The notes below the pieces were generated by a model. The model searched no databases. It was not told the DNA's origin and saw only the letters and a program-made list of their open reading frames with translations. The translations under genes and the position numbers were made by a program. From Psammoneis japonica (Eukaryota), in the NCBI GenBank assembly GCA_008632985.1, contig QPGO01000210.1:14365-78364 (forward strand): a stretch of DNA of 64,000 nucleotides, given 5' to 3'. Each line of letters begins with the position of its first letter. Within the stretch, counting starts at the first letter, position 1. This document shows positions 21,680 through 33,466 of the stretch, in pieces.

Positions 21680-23959
21680 TCAGTACCCACGGTCTCTGAA
21701 ATAGTACCGTTCGTGGGCGTTCCTATCTTCTTGCTCTTCCATAGTTTCTGTGACATCTTCTTGGTCAAACCCAAGCAAGGCTCCCATATCTTCGAGTCCA
21801 ACGTAACGTACATTGTCGTCTTCCTCTCGTGGCCGGTCTGGCATGTTCATGGATGTGGCCCAGAGAGGCCCTAGTAACCCTGCTCGATTTGCCTTTGTCT
21901 CGTGCATAGCCAGAGCATTATCTATTGAATTCATGCGTACCTGCTTCTGCGGAGGAGGAGGTTCGAATTTTACAGCATCAACCGACATTTCGTCTTGCGA
22001 TTGATAGATAGCGGCCTTTGCGCCATCTTGAAGAACATCGACATTGACGGGAGGCATTTGTCCTTCTCCGCCTTCCGGGCTCTTGTTCCATTCGCGAGCA
22101 GCTTTGATATCTTTCGACCAAAAGGCAGATTTTTGTTCGGCTGGGGCTACTTCCTTGATCTCAAACATTGCAATGCCAGACAACCAAATACACACAATAT
22201 TGATGATGGTTAGAGCCAACGAGATCCCACCAATTACTGCAAAGTCATGAGCGCTCTTTCCGTTTCCATTTGTGACGGCGCCGACAGCGAGAAAGAAGGA
22301 GTATATACAACAGATACCGCTGTTGACCGCAGGTGGTAGTAACGACGCGGATATCGCTACACCGACAAGACTGCTGGTATTTCCACCGAGAATCGAAAGG
22401 CATACTCCCATACCGCTGGGAATTGCAATCGCGATACCCGTGAGCAAGCCAGATGTTTCGCCTCGTATTTCCATTTCGTTCGACGGCCAAGTGTCTTCTG
22501 CAAGGCTAGTAAAAGAGGAAGGAATGCCAACAAGAACGCCGATAACAAAACAACCGATCAACGCCAAGATTTCGTTCCACAGGGACGACTTGACGAGGGC
22601 CCAATCCAAAATTCGTGTGCCAAATGTACAACCGAGAACAGGGCCCATAATCGGCGAGACAAGCATAGATGCAACAATGACCACGGTATTGTCTGTAATC
22701 AGACCAATGCCAGCTATGATGCTGGCAACTAACAATAGGGCAATAAAGTCAAAGGAAAGAGCCGACATTTCCACAATCTGTTCTCGCACTTGCTCAATCC
22801 TCAGCTTTGTAGCGGCATTCTTCCACTCTTGACGAGCCTCTTGAATCTTTCGCTCCTGCTTGATCTTTTCTTGTTCTTCTTTTGCTAGTGCTTCCTTTTC
22901 TGAATCATTCTTGCTCACATTGCTATCGGTTTTTGCTACAGTACTGTTCTTGGCATGATTGGAAACGGTGGGAGACAATAATGGCTCTAGAAGGCTGTCT
23001 TGCGAATCCTCCTTTTCATCTTCGGCCACTGAAGGCATGTGTGCATAAGGCGATGCCGTCCTGCACAGTTCAGCTTTAAAGACGCTGACGGTTCCAATGT
23101 CGGTTCCTACTCCAATACGTTCCAATCGATCAAGAATGGCTCCGAGAGACGAAGGGCGAGCCATGACTTGCACTTGAATCCACGTTGGTTTGGAATCTTG
23201 CTTGTCGTCGTTGAGGTGCTCAAAGATACTGCGAAAGTCGTTACTGTTGCTCTTTTTCTTTTGATCCTTGGTGTCTTGAATGCGTCGATGAATCACAGTA
23301 TACGAAGGAAAGCTAAGAAGATGCCATTCTTCCAGTAAACTTTCAAATGTAAGTCGCAACAGCTCCTCCACATTGACTTGATTATCATCCGGATCCTTTC
23401 CAACCTTGACCACAGCTGCCGCTTCTTCCGGTGTGGGTTCATCCGTCTTTTCCTCATCTTTGGATTCCTCTTTTTCGTTTGTCTCTTCCTTTTTCATTTC
23501 TTCTTCTTTTCTCTTTTCTTCCTCCTTGGAATCTAAACTCGCTTCTGTAATAGTCGACGGGGCGGGTACGTTCAACTCGGTTCTGGCAAAGAATTCGGCT
23601 GTATGCTGCTCTTCTTCCTGAACGACAATCGGAGCTTCTGGTACGTTTGAATCTTTGTCATTGGCCGCTGGTGCATCGTAGACTCCTCGGTTTTGTTTTT
23701 GTTGTTGCTCACTGTTGTTATCATTCAAAGACGATGATGTCGTCGTACTAGTGGTGGCCGCTGTTGTCGAGTCGGTCGTCGTCGTCGTCTGCTGCTCCAC
23801 AACCACAATTTCACTCGGTGTCGTCACTTCTGTTTTTTGCTTGGTGGAAAACAAACGTGGTGTAATGATGCTTACCAGCAAAGCCTTTGTTGTGGATGTT
23901 GGGCCATCGGTATTCAATGAAAGAGACATGCTTTCTTCTGAATAATAGTGATACCCCAA
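21680..23959 (-). CDS. DUF389-domain multi-pass membrane protein
   Basis: 759-aa ORF. The hydrophobic block ASIIAGIGL..DNTVVIVASMLVSPIMGP...SSLVGVAISASLLPPAVN is typical of DUF389. The true start may be the Met at 23929. Confidence 0.85.
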   Translation of the reverse strand: MGYHYYSEESMSLSLNTDGPTSTTKALLVSIITPRLFSTKQKTEVTTPSEIVVVEQQTTTTTDSTTAATTSTTTSSSLNDNNSEQQQKQNRGVYDAPAANDKDSNVPEAPIVVQEEEQHTAEFFARTELNVPAPSTITEASLDSKEEEKRKEEEMKKEETNEKEESKDEEKTDEPTPEEAAAVVKVGKDPDDNQVNVEELLRLTFESLLEEWHLLSFPSYTVIHRRIQDTKDQKKKSNSNDFRSIFEHLNDDKQDSKPTWIQVQVMARPSSLGAILDRLERIGVGTDIGTVSVFKAELCRTASPYAHMPSVAEDEKEDSQDSLLEPLLSPTVSNHAKNSTVAKTDSNVSKNDSEKEALAKEEQEKIKQERKIQEARQEWKNAATKLRIEQVREQIVEMSALSFDFIALLLVASIIAGIGLITDNTVVIVASMLVSPIMGPVLGCTFGTRILDWALVKSSLWNEILALIGCFVIGVLVGIPSSFTSLAEDTWPSNEMEIRGETSGLLTGIAIAIPSGMGVCLSILGGNTSSLVGVAISASLLPPAVNSGICCIYSFFLAVGAVTNGNGKSAHDFAVIGGISLALTIINIVCIWLSGIAMFEIKEVAPAEQKSAFWSKDIKAAREWNKSPEGGEGQMPPVNVDVLQDGAKAAIYQSQDEMSVDAVKFEPPPPQKQVRMNSIDNALAMHETKANRAGLLGPLWATSMNMPDRPREEDDNVRYVGLEDMGALLGFDQEDVTETMEEQEDRNAHERYYFRDRGY

Positions 23960-24199
23960 AATAGAGAGAATAGCAGTTTGTTAGTTGTGAGTTGTGAGAA
24001 ATAAAACAGCGAATGGATTGCGCACGATTTTTCTGTAACTCGAAAATTGAAAAAGTGCGATGACGTGGACAATTTAGAGTGAGACACGGGAATAAGGCTT
24101 CTTACTATATATTCATGTAAAAATATCCGTGATATTTTAAAAATGTCGTGGACACTCTTTTGAATCGCGACTCTCACAAAATCGCCGCACGCGACGCTT

Positions 24200-24830
24200 G
24201 AAACTGCCACATTGTTTTTTTTTTTCGCCCAACAACTGAAGAGAGGTCATGCGATGCATGTGCCATAACAGAACGGCCAATGGGACAGGAAGGATGCATA
24301 AGATTCTCCAGCATAGATGCAAAAGCAAGGGTCAAGCTTGTCTGTCGTCTGGGCGCTGCTGCTGCGCAATTGTCACACCTTTCGCTGGTGCCATGCGGAT
24401 GACGACCAGGATTTCCAAGATGAATGCCACACAAAGCTTGTGTTGCACCCGCTGAGCCCTCCTGCTCTTGGCTTGTTTTTTCTCGCGTCTCGACTCGGCC
24501 GCAAAAGCACCACGACGACAATCTTCTTTCCAATTGATTGAACTGCAAAGAATGTGAACCCTCTTGTTGGTGCTGCTTCACACCACGCAGGTTTTTTGGG
24601 CTGGCTATGCCAAGGGGAGACGCATCGTACACGCATTCGCCACGGTAGTTGTGAGGTGTGTGTACTGTGGACTGGCAGCTGTTGTTGTTTTCGGTTCTTC
24701 AATTTCAAATTGCAGATGACGTGCTGGTGTTTGTGCGCAGCGGTTGCCAAGAACGAAAAATTAGCTGCTGTGGGGTGGTTGGTGTTGGGTGGGTTGACCC
24801 TTTGTGTGTATGCATTAGCATGCGATAAAC
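24200..24830. repeat. Short TA-depleted decayed tract (CpG still present)
   Basis: Very few TA dinucleotides, TG/CA-rich, no coherent ORF. It adjoins the conserved downstream flank of ELWxxDGT copy 1. Confidence 0.55.
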
Positions 24831-25099
24831 TCTTCTATGTATTACTATTGTTCTAATTTCTCGCTGCTTTTGTTGGTTCTTTTGCAGGGAATTCATGAAT
24901 CGGTAAAGGGTATACACATCATGTATTTTTATGAAAGACAACGCAGGAGCAAGTACTTTAACGCAGGGGATGCAGGTGCGTTGGTTTTTTTTTTTCGAAG
25001 CGAATGGCGCGTTTAAAATCACTGTTGAGAGCTTTTGTTGACATGTAGTTTCTTGCTGTATAAGAGAGACGTACGAATCCTGGTGCGAGTATACATCCT

Positions 25100-27283
25100 T
25101 CACTCTCCAAAATAACGGAAAGGCGTGAAACCCGATGGCTTAGACGATCCCCTGGCTGGCGAAATATTCTTGACCATCCTCGTACCTTGGGAAGTTCCAT
25201 CTGTGACCCAGAGCTCTTCGCCAAAGTCGGGACTAGATGCACTGAAGAACAGGAGATCTTGGAGAGCGACTAAATTACGAGGAGAGGATCCTTCGGCGCC
25301 CGGTCTGATATCTTTGACCATTGTAGTGCCTTCGATGCTCCCATCAGAGCGCCACAGCTCCCTTCCATGTATTCCGTCATCGGCCGAAAAGAATAGGTTG
25401 TCGCGGAACGAAGCAGATTCCCAAGGAATATAGTAGGAATAATGGACCGGGAAGACCTTGACCAGATGGGGTGATAATGATGATGTTGTTTCGGGGATGA
25501 CCACCCATAGCTCCGTTCCCTGCTCGCCGTCGTCCGCCAAGAAGAAGAGCTTTTTGCCCACCACAATCAAGCCTTTCGGTGGCGTTTGGAATGACTTTAC
25601 ACTGAAACTCTGCAATCCGTAGTGAGAAACCCTCAACTCACTTTGGCCGTGGCCGTTTTCAGCCACAAAGAAAAGAAGCCCCCCACTGTTATAGGGGTCG
25701 TACACAGTGAGCTCTCTCGGTAATGCGTACTTCTCCCCTTCAGCTATCTCCTCTGTCAGCATCCAAGCGTGCCTTCCATCGGATCTCCACAACTCCGCGC
25801 CGTGAGCCTCATCGAATGCTTGGAAGAATAAGCGGCCCCGGAATGATGTTAGCTCACTGGGGTAAGCATAATCTCCGGGCACGAGACTTGATGTTATACC
25901 ATTCTGGGTGACAAACAGCCCTTCCCACGTGCCAATAAAGAGCTTGTCGTTTACAACAGCAAACCCAGAAAAACCAGAACAGTTTTGGAAGAAATGATCA
26001 GTTCCGCCTCGCGTTCCATCCGTTACCCACAGGTCGGTTACGTAGGGCGTTGCAGTTCCACGTTTCGTCCCACCCGGCGTTTGAGTGGCAAAGTAGACCC
26101 TCTCCTTGTAGAAAGCAAAGCCGTATATACGGTGAACAGGCAAGTTAGGGTACAGATCCTTGATTATGAAAGTGCGTCTGAAGCTGCCGTCAGATCTCCA
26201 AAGCTCGACACGTTCGTTCCATGTAATAACACCGAAAATGATCTGATCTCCAAAGGGCGTCAAACTGTGCTCGATGATATATCCAGGTGAAACATCTTTC
26301 ACCATTTCTGTTCCTTCGGAGGATCCATCTGTCACCCACAACCCGCGGTTAGGAGGAATAAGAGAGAAGGCCAAAAGCGGCTTGTACACAGAAACTGTGG
26401 CACCAGCGACCTCTATGGCAGAAAAGCCCTCTTTAACAACTTCATAATAGGCACGGAAATCAAACCTCCGCTCACCCAGGTCGCCAGTCATTGTCTTTGT
26501 AATGTTGCAAAAATTCACCATCGTACGTGAAGTGAGGGAACGTGATGGACATTCCTTCCCCAGCTCTTGAGAGGCGTCAAGGTCAACGAGGCGCACAACA
26601 GTAATTGGGGAGGTCGTCAAAGCTCGAAAGAACATAGTGAAGGTGACTGAAGTGCCAATTTGGGCTACGGTCGGATTCGCTCTGACCAAAAAAGGCTTGT
26701 AAACGAAAACTGTTGCACCAGCATCCTTCATGGCAGAATACTGCCCTTCGACTTGATAATAGGCACGGAATTCAAACATACGCTCACCAACGTCGCCGGT
26801 AATTTTCTTTGTAATGCTGCATGTATGCACCATTGTAGGTGCGAGGGAACGTGATGGAAGGCCGCATTCCTGTCCCAGGTCTTCAGAGGTGTCAAGGTCA
26901 TCAAGGCCAACAATCTTGATGGGAGAGGTTGTCAGATATTTATGACGAAAGGTAATAGAGAAGTCGACTGAGGTGCCAATTCGGGCTTCAGTCGGATTCG
27001 CCCTGACCTCAAAGCCAAGAGGTGGCGCTGGCAGGGTCTCACGATGGACGGAAGGCTCCTGAGAGCATCAAATGAACGATTTTCAACAGATACGATTGAA
27101 TGAGAACACCATCGTAAAGGGATTCGTAGGCACTCGCAGTCCGGCTTGTTAGCATACCTGCTGGAGGAAATGGAGTCCTCGAAGGTGATGGGACGCCACG
27201 CCGTGCGTGTCTACCTGTCCGGTTGTGTTTTCCACGACAACGCACAGCGCAGTAACAATGAAAAGAAAAAATAGGGATGACAT
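25100..27283 (-). CDS. Secreted ELWxxDGT-repeat beta-propeller protein with two N-terminal Ig-like repeats, copy 1 (intact; intron 27059-27157)
   Basis: Exon 1 MSSLFFLFIVTALCVVV..HHLRGLHFLQQ ends at a GTATGC donor, and exon 2 is in frame with the 577-aa ORF. Repeats LWVTDGS/ELWRSDG/ELWVTDGT..GT.MVKDI. Confidence 0.9.
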
Positions 27284-27599
27284 TGTCACATTGTAATCGC
27301 ATCTCGGTTTGGCAATTTTTGTTTTTTTATGTGTTTTCTTTGTTGTGGTCGATGATCGACGACTCCCTTGCAGTCTGGCACAACATAAATGTTAAACAAG
27401 ACGATGTCCGCAGTCGTGGGAGTTTGTGTAGCAGCATGTAGGAACACTACCAGATGAAAACACGATTGCAATTAAAGACAACAAGGCCCTGTAAGTTTGC
27501 GAATGTCGCAGATGTTTCCACGACCCACGACACAAAAGATTGGCTCTGTTGACACTTGGTTGCAATTTTCTAACTTCCAATCACCATTGTTCTAAACGT

Positions 27600-30500
27600 C
27601 AAGCTTCAGTCAAAGTGTCAATGCATTGCATGTTGATGCAAAAGAGCAAACAACTTGCGTGCAGGTGATGCAGCTGCACCATGAAAATGTGCCGAGAGTT
27701 TCAAAGCCCTTGCTCATGCAAAGCTTCTTTTGGCACAAGTGTGATGGAATTGTTTCCTTGTTCCACAAGAAATGTGGCAAAGTCAGGCTTGTTGCTGGGA
27801 GCTTGCCCGCAAAGGCCAGTGGCAGGCACGCCACTGTGGTGCGACTTTGCAGCAGGACTGTCCTTGCCAAAAAGGCTTGTGCCAGCTTGTCACTTTCACA
27901 CTGCTGGGCCCAATGTAAAAGCCGTCAAAGGCAGCAGCAAAGTCATTGGTGGCTGGGGTGGCAATGCTGGCAGGAACTTTGTGCACTTGCACCAAATTTT
28001 GGGGCTGATTCATTCTTGCTTTGTGCCTCCTTCCAAGCTCTTCGCTTCCTGTTGTTGAATGACAACAGGAGGCCATGTGCCCCACATTGTCCAGGTCCAC
28101 TTTGCTGCAGCCTTGAGACAGAGCCTTGCACTCACCAGGCTCAAATTCTTTGCCACCCACAAGATGACAGTGCTCAAATCATTTGAAAAGTTGCCAAGAT
28201 GGGCAACAGCTGAAGTGGGGCAAGTTGTGGCATTGGCGCTTCCAGCACCTTTGGGAAGCTTTTGAACAACACAAAGAAGTGCCTGGGGTTGGAGCTCTCC
28301 TGAGTTGCTGCAAGAGCCTCCTCACTCACTTGGTGTTGGAACACTCTTGTGGTTTGAGGCAATTTTGGCAGGGCAGACAGACAGCGATGCAGCAAAGATC
28401 GCCAATGATGGCCTGTGATGATGATGAGGGTTTGCACCAACAAATTCCAAAGAATGCTGATTTTTGGCTTTTGCGTCAGGTTGACATGGCAACAGCATGG
28501 AGAGTGTGGTTGCAAGCCATTCAGCAAGTTTTGGAGTTGTTGCAGAGTTGGTTGACAAAACCTTGAAGCTCCAACACAGGAGCCAAAAAGAGGCACAAAG
28601 TCTGGGAAGTCAAGGGGGAAATCCAAGGGAAGGCTGAGAAGCCAAAGGAATGGAAAGTGAGGTGGGATCCAAGGTTTGTTGCTCCAGTTGAAGGAGTGGC
28701 TGGGTGAACTTTTGTGTTGCCCTGGCTTGGGGAGCTTCTGGCACCTGCAATCTCTGGAGGGTCTTTGCCAGGACCAAGCAGCAAGCACCCACTGAAAGAG
28801 GGTGTGGCAACATTGTGTCAGGATGGCAACAATGTGCACAAGAAAATGGTCAAGTGCAGGGGCATGAAAGATTTGAGGGAGTGGGTGCATGACATGGGAT
28901 GACAGGCAGATGGTTGCATGTGGAGAGCATGAAGAAGACAAGTGAGTGCATTGGAAGAGTGTTTGGACCAGAGATGCAAGCGTTGGTGTCTCCGAGGCAA
29001 GAGAACAGTCCAAAGGAGCCAGAGCATCTGTCAGAGTTGTCTGCATCAGAGAAGGACAAGACTGTCTGGGAGAAATGGTGCAGCTGCTGCATGAAACAGA
29101 GGGCATGATCCACAAGACACAGAAGGCAAAGGCACTTGACACAATCATGGGACAGCATGCAAAGGGTGTCCATCACAAGGTCAAAGGAGTGACAGATTTT
29201 GCAAAGGTTGCAAAGAAGTGGGGTGTGGCAGTGCTGTCAGACATTCTCAAGTTGATCTTGTTGGATGCAAATGAGAGACTTCACCCTGGGTGTTGCCACT
29301 TGCAGCAAGAATTGCAGTGGCGGTCTGTTTGCACAGTGACCTCTGTGCATGTTTTGTGCTTTCATCTGTCCCTGCCACCTCCAGCCCAATCCAACTGGAG
29401 TCGGGTTGGTTGGGTTTGGGCTGGAGGTGGTGGGGACAGATGAAGGTGCAAAATGTGTGCAGAAATCACCACACAGACAGACCGCCACTGCGATTCTCAC
29501 TGCGAGTGGGGTGACACCCAACCCACATGACATTCAAACTGCAAGAGCTTGGGAGGGGCAGTTGGCGATCATTCATCAAGATGGGGAGAAGGCACTCAAA
29601 ATGTCACTGCAGTGGGCTCAGATTTTTTTTGAGATGGTGGAAGGGTCCTGCAGCAAAATTGTCCCAGAAGACATCATGCCAAGAAAGACAATGGATTCAG
29701 TGCAAATGCTGATGATCCCCAGAAGAAAAGGGTGAGACAAGCTGTCAGCAGCTTTGCCAATGGAGTGCATGCACCAAAAGAAAAGAAACTTTGGCACACA
29801 TCTTGAAAAACCTGCATTGGCTGTTTGCACTGGGGGTGGGCAACAATCCCAAGCTGGTCAAGGAGGCACTGCATGCAGGCACTGAGGGTGCATGTTTTGA
29901 GCTGGGACAGAAGAGACCAAATGCTGGAAATGTGACAAAGCTGGGCACATGATGAAAAAGGGTTGTCCTTTGCTCAATGAAAAAGATGGCAACTCTCAAT
30001 GGTGGACTCAGATGAGGCTGGCCAAGGGTCTCATTGGAACAAGCAATGCAGGGGCTGGGTGGCATGGTGCCCAGTTGTCGTCCTCCTTTGGCTGGTGTGC
30101 ACAAGGTCAGCTGGTCAACAGCTTGTGTGAAGGAGTGTTTTTGAACATTGTGGTTTGAGGCAGTTTTCTGAGGATGGGTGGACAATGTTTCAGCAAAAGA
30201 TTGCTGATGATTGATGATGACATGGAGGGTCTGCATTGACAAACTCTGAAGAACATCAGTCCTGTGCTCACTTTTTTGCATCTGCGCCAGGCTGGCATGG
30301 CAACAACACAGAGAATGTTTTTGCAATCCACAGGGCAAGTTCCAGAGTGGACAGGCTAACACAAAGTTGTGTCAACACTGCTTTCTGTGAGCAGCTCTCA
30401 TCATGGTTTGCACAGCATCACTTTGAAGCAAGGCTGGTCTGTTTTTTCTTTCACACGCAACCTCACCCACCTTTGCTGCTTTGTTGCTGCAATGCAAACA

Positions 30501-33360
30501 GAGCACCAACCTTTGTTTTGATGCAACCCCACAAATGTGTTTCATGGGCCAAACGCTGCAGTGGCACCTCAGCAGTGCCATGGAGAGAGGCCACACAAAA
30601 TGTCAGAACATGGTTTCATGCTTTGTGTTTGCTGTGACCAATGCAGCGGCACATCTTTTTTTGCTGAGCCTTTTTTCAACGTTGTGGAGCATTGACAACA
30701 GTCTCCTGTTTGTTCTGTTGTGTTGTTGAGGTGTGTGCATCTTCTGCCAAAAACTGTTTGCAGATTGGACAATTGGAGCTCACAGAATGGCTGGCATGTC
30801 AAGTTGTCTTGACAACTCCACTTGCAACTCAACAATCAAACACATGCACCTCAAGCGTTGCACTTGCATCTGGTTTCTGTTGCTCAAGAAAATGTGGAAA
30901 TCTCAATCTGTGTGGTGGGGTGGACATGCATCAGATTCGATTGAAACAAAAAAGCTCTCTTTCAGCAACACTGAGCAGCACAGCACTTTTCACCTTAAAA
31001 AAATGGTTCATTGTCAGGATCTTTTTTTATGAAGTCAATCCCCAGTGCAGCACTGCAAGGTTGTGTTGAGTGCAGCTTCTGCAGCAGCTTTGTGAAAAAC
31101 CTTGTGTCTTGTTGCTGAGTCAAGTCCTGCTTTTTTGTGTGCAAAGCAGTGTCTTTCTTGCATCTTGCACATGCCTGAGAAAGGCATCAACCTTCACACA
31201 CCTCACTTTTGAAAAAGGGTTGTCCTCCATGTGCGCTTTTCTTGTGATGCTGCATTTCTTTTCCAGCAAAGTGACAGGGTTGTTTTCCCATTTTGGTGCT
31301 GAAAACACCTCTTGGCTGTGGCAGTCAATCTTGCAGTGATTGCATTGAGAACAGAAGAGTCCTCAGAAGCAGCTCTCACCAAAAGTTAAGTTGTGGCAAC
31401 CAAGATGTGGAGCCAAGTCAGGCTGACTTGCTCCAGCCAACTGGGCCCAATTGCTCAAGTGCTTTGTCACTCTGCAAGCCATGGCTCACCTTCTGTGTGC
31501 TCTCCCCCCTGCTGTGACCCAGCCAGCCCAATGTGTGTGCAGCTTGACAGCAGGATCCACCTTGAGGGAAAAGGAAAAAGGCTGTGGAGACAAAAGCCAA
31601 GAAGGGGCAGCAGAGCTGAGTTGCTGAAAGAGCTGCATGGCGTGCGCAGCCACAGTGTAGAACAATCAGGGGGGAGGATGCTCTTTTTTCCAAAATTGCC
31701 CACTGTTGTGAAAGCGTGCAACTTTGCATGTCACATGCCATTGCAAACAGGGCACTGCCAGAACATGAGCTTGCACTTGTGAGCACCACAGAAATGTGCC
31801 ACAATCAGGTGTTGAAGGGGGCAATTGGATCTGAAAAATTTCTGTTTTTTAGATTTGAGTTGCAAGCGCCAACTCTCAGCACAAACCACTTGCACAACAT
31901 GACCCACCATGCCACAATGCGCCATTGCTCTTGAGTGTGCTGTGATGCACCAGACCTGCCTCCTCTGCCTCTTGGATGGCACTGAACTCATTCTTGTTCT
32001 TGTGTTTGACAACGTGGGTGTCCACATCATTGTTGTTTGCGGCAAGCAATGAAGATCATTTGTCTCAACTTGCTGGTGTGCTCATTTTGTCAATGCAACA
32101 TTGCACAAGTTTGCTCTGAGCTCTGGGCTGTTTGTCCAAGAATCCTGAACTTGTCATGGATCCTTCTCTTGGCAAAAAGGCTCGTTGCACTTGTTTCAGC
32201 ATGTGTGACAAAGCTTTCAGCATTGGTGGCTTGAAGCCCTGTTGCTCTTCATGCTTTCTTTGTTTTTGTTTCTTGCCCCATGTGCCTTTGAATTTCTGAT
32301 GTGCTTTGTGAGACACAGCTGCAAATCTGCAATTTTGGAGTTTCTGGCTGGCATTGCCCACAAGCTTGTTCAAGGAATTTGTGCAGATCTGGCCAGATGA
32401 ACGGGTTGTGTGTGTCTTTCTGTAGCCTCTTTTTTTGTTGAACACATCATTCTTGTGGTTGGAGTCTGATGGCATGAAATGCTTTTTGATGGGTGCCAAC
32501 ACAGTGCCTTCCTCTTGTGGCACTCACTCACAGCTGTTGTTGGAAACACCCACATCACAGAGGGTTGTTGCTGCAGTGCCAGTTGAGGCTGTCATTCTCT
32601 GGCATGAGGAGAGCAAGCAACCTCACCCACATTCAACAGTCATCGGCCTTTTTCATTTCAGCATCTGTGGATTGTGAGTTCACATGCAGCAGCAGCCAGA
32701 ATCACCAATGCATGGCTTGTTTGCCAAGCTGATTTGGCAATTGTCATGACAAGACTTGATTCTTGTCTGCCATGCCAGTTCACTGTGTGAGACCATTTTG
32801 TTGTCATTCTGCAACTCGCACATCTGGTGACAGCAGCAACACTCAGCTGCTTTCTCTCATGTGCAAAGAAGACACAAAAGGTTTTAATCTCCACCATCAC
32901 TTGTTGACACAGTCATTTGATCTGTGTGGCATTGGTCTGCAAGGCATTGGCAGTGGAGCAGAGCTTGGAGAAAAGGGAGACCTGATCCCTTCAGGACGTT
33001 GCTTCAGCAATTGCCCAGCAGTGCACATTTCCAGCTGCAGGCCATTTCAGTTTCAGATTTCCATGGGCGTGGAGAAGCCCAAACATCCTTCACCTGCAGA
33101 GGGAAGATCTTTTTTGAGTTGATGAATGCAACCGAAGTGCAGAGTTGTGCAAGGATGAAGGGGCTTCCCTCCTCAGTGCTGCTGGGCACAATTCCGTCGT
33201 TGTTGATGCTTTTTCGCGTGACTCAACACCTGATTGTGGTGGGTGTCCACAACACATTTCCCTTGCCACATGGGCACCGCAGACCGGAAGAACTTCCATA
33301 GCACAAAAATCTGTGGATGGGCGGGCAAGTTGCCACCGAACAAAACGACCGGTCTGCTGC
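27600..33360. repeat. Heavily decayed repeat/TE-derived tract, almost devoid of TA and depleted of CG
   Basis: TG/CA-saturated sequence giving spurious Cys/His/Gln-rich, nearly Tyr-free ORFs in all frames. The first ~350 bp are homologous to ~59960-60390. Confidence 0.75.
29287..29520. repeat. Imperfect inverted repeat (arms ~110 bp, short spacer)
   Basis: GCAGTGGCGGTCTGT...TTCATCTGTCCC..CCACCTCCAGCCCAA is mirrored by TTGGGCTGGAGGTGG..GGGACAGATGAA...ACAGACCGCCACTGC. Confidence 0.85.
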
Positions 33361-33466
33361 AAGAATCTAAAACGGACAATGAAGAAATCAACAAAACTTG
33401 TCACAATTGTTAAAGCCGCTAGACCTGTTCTTTATTCGAAGCTCCAAAACAAAACATGGAATCGAT

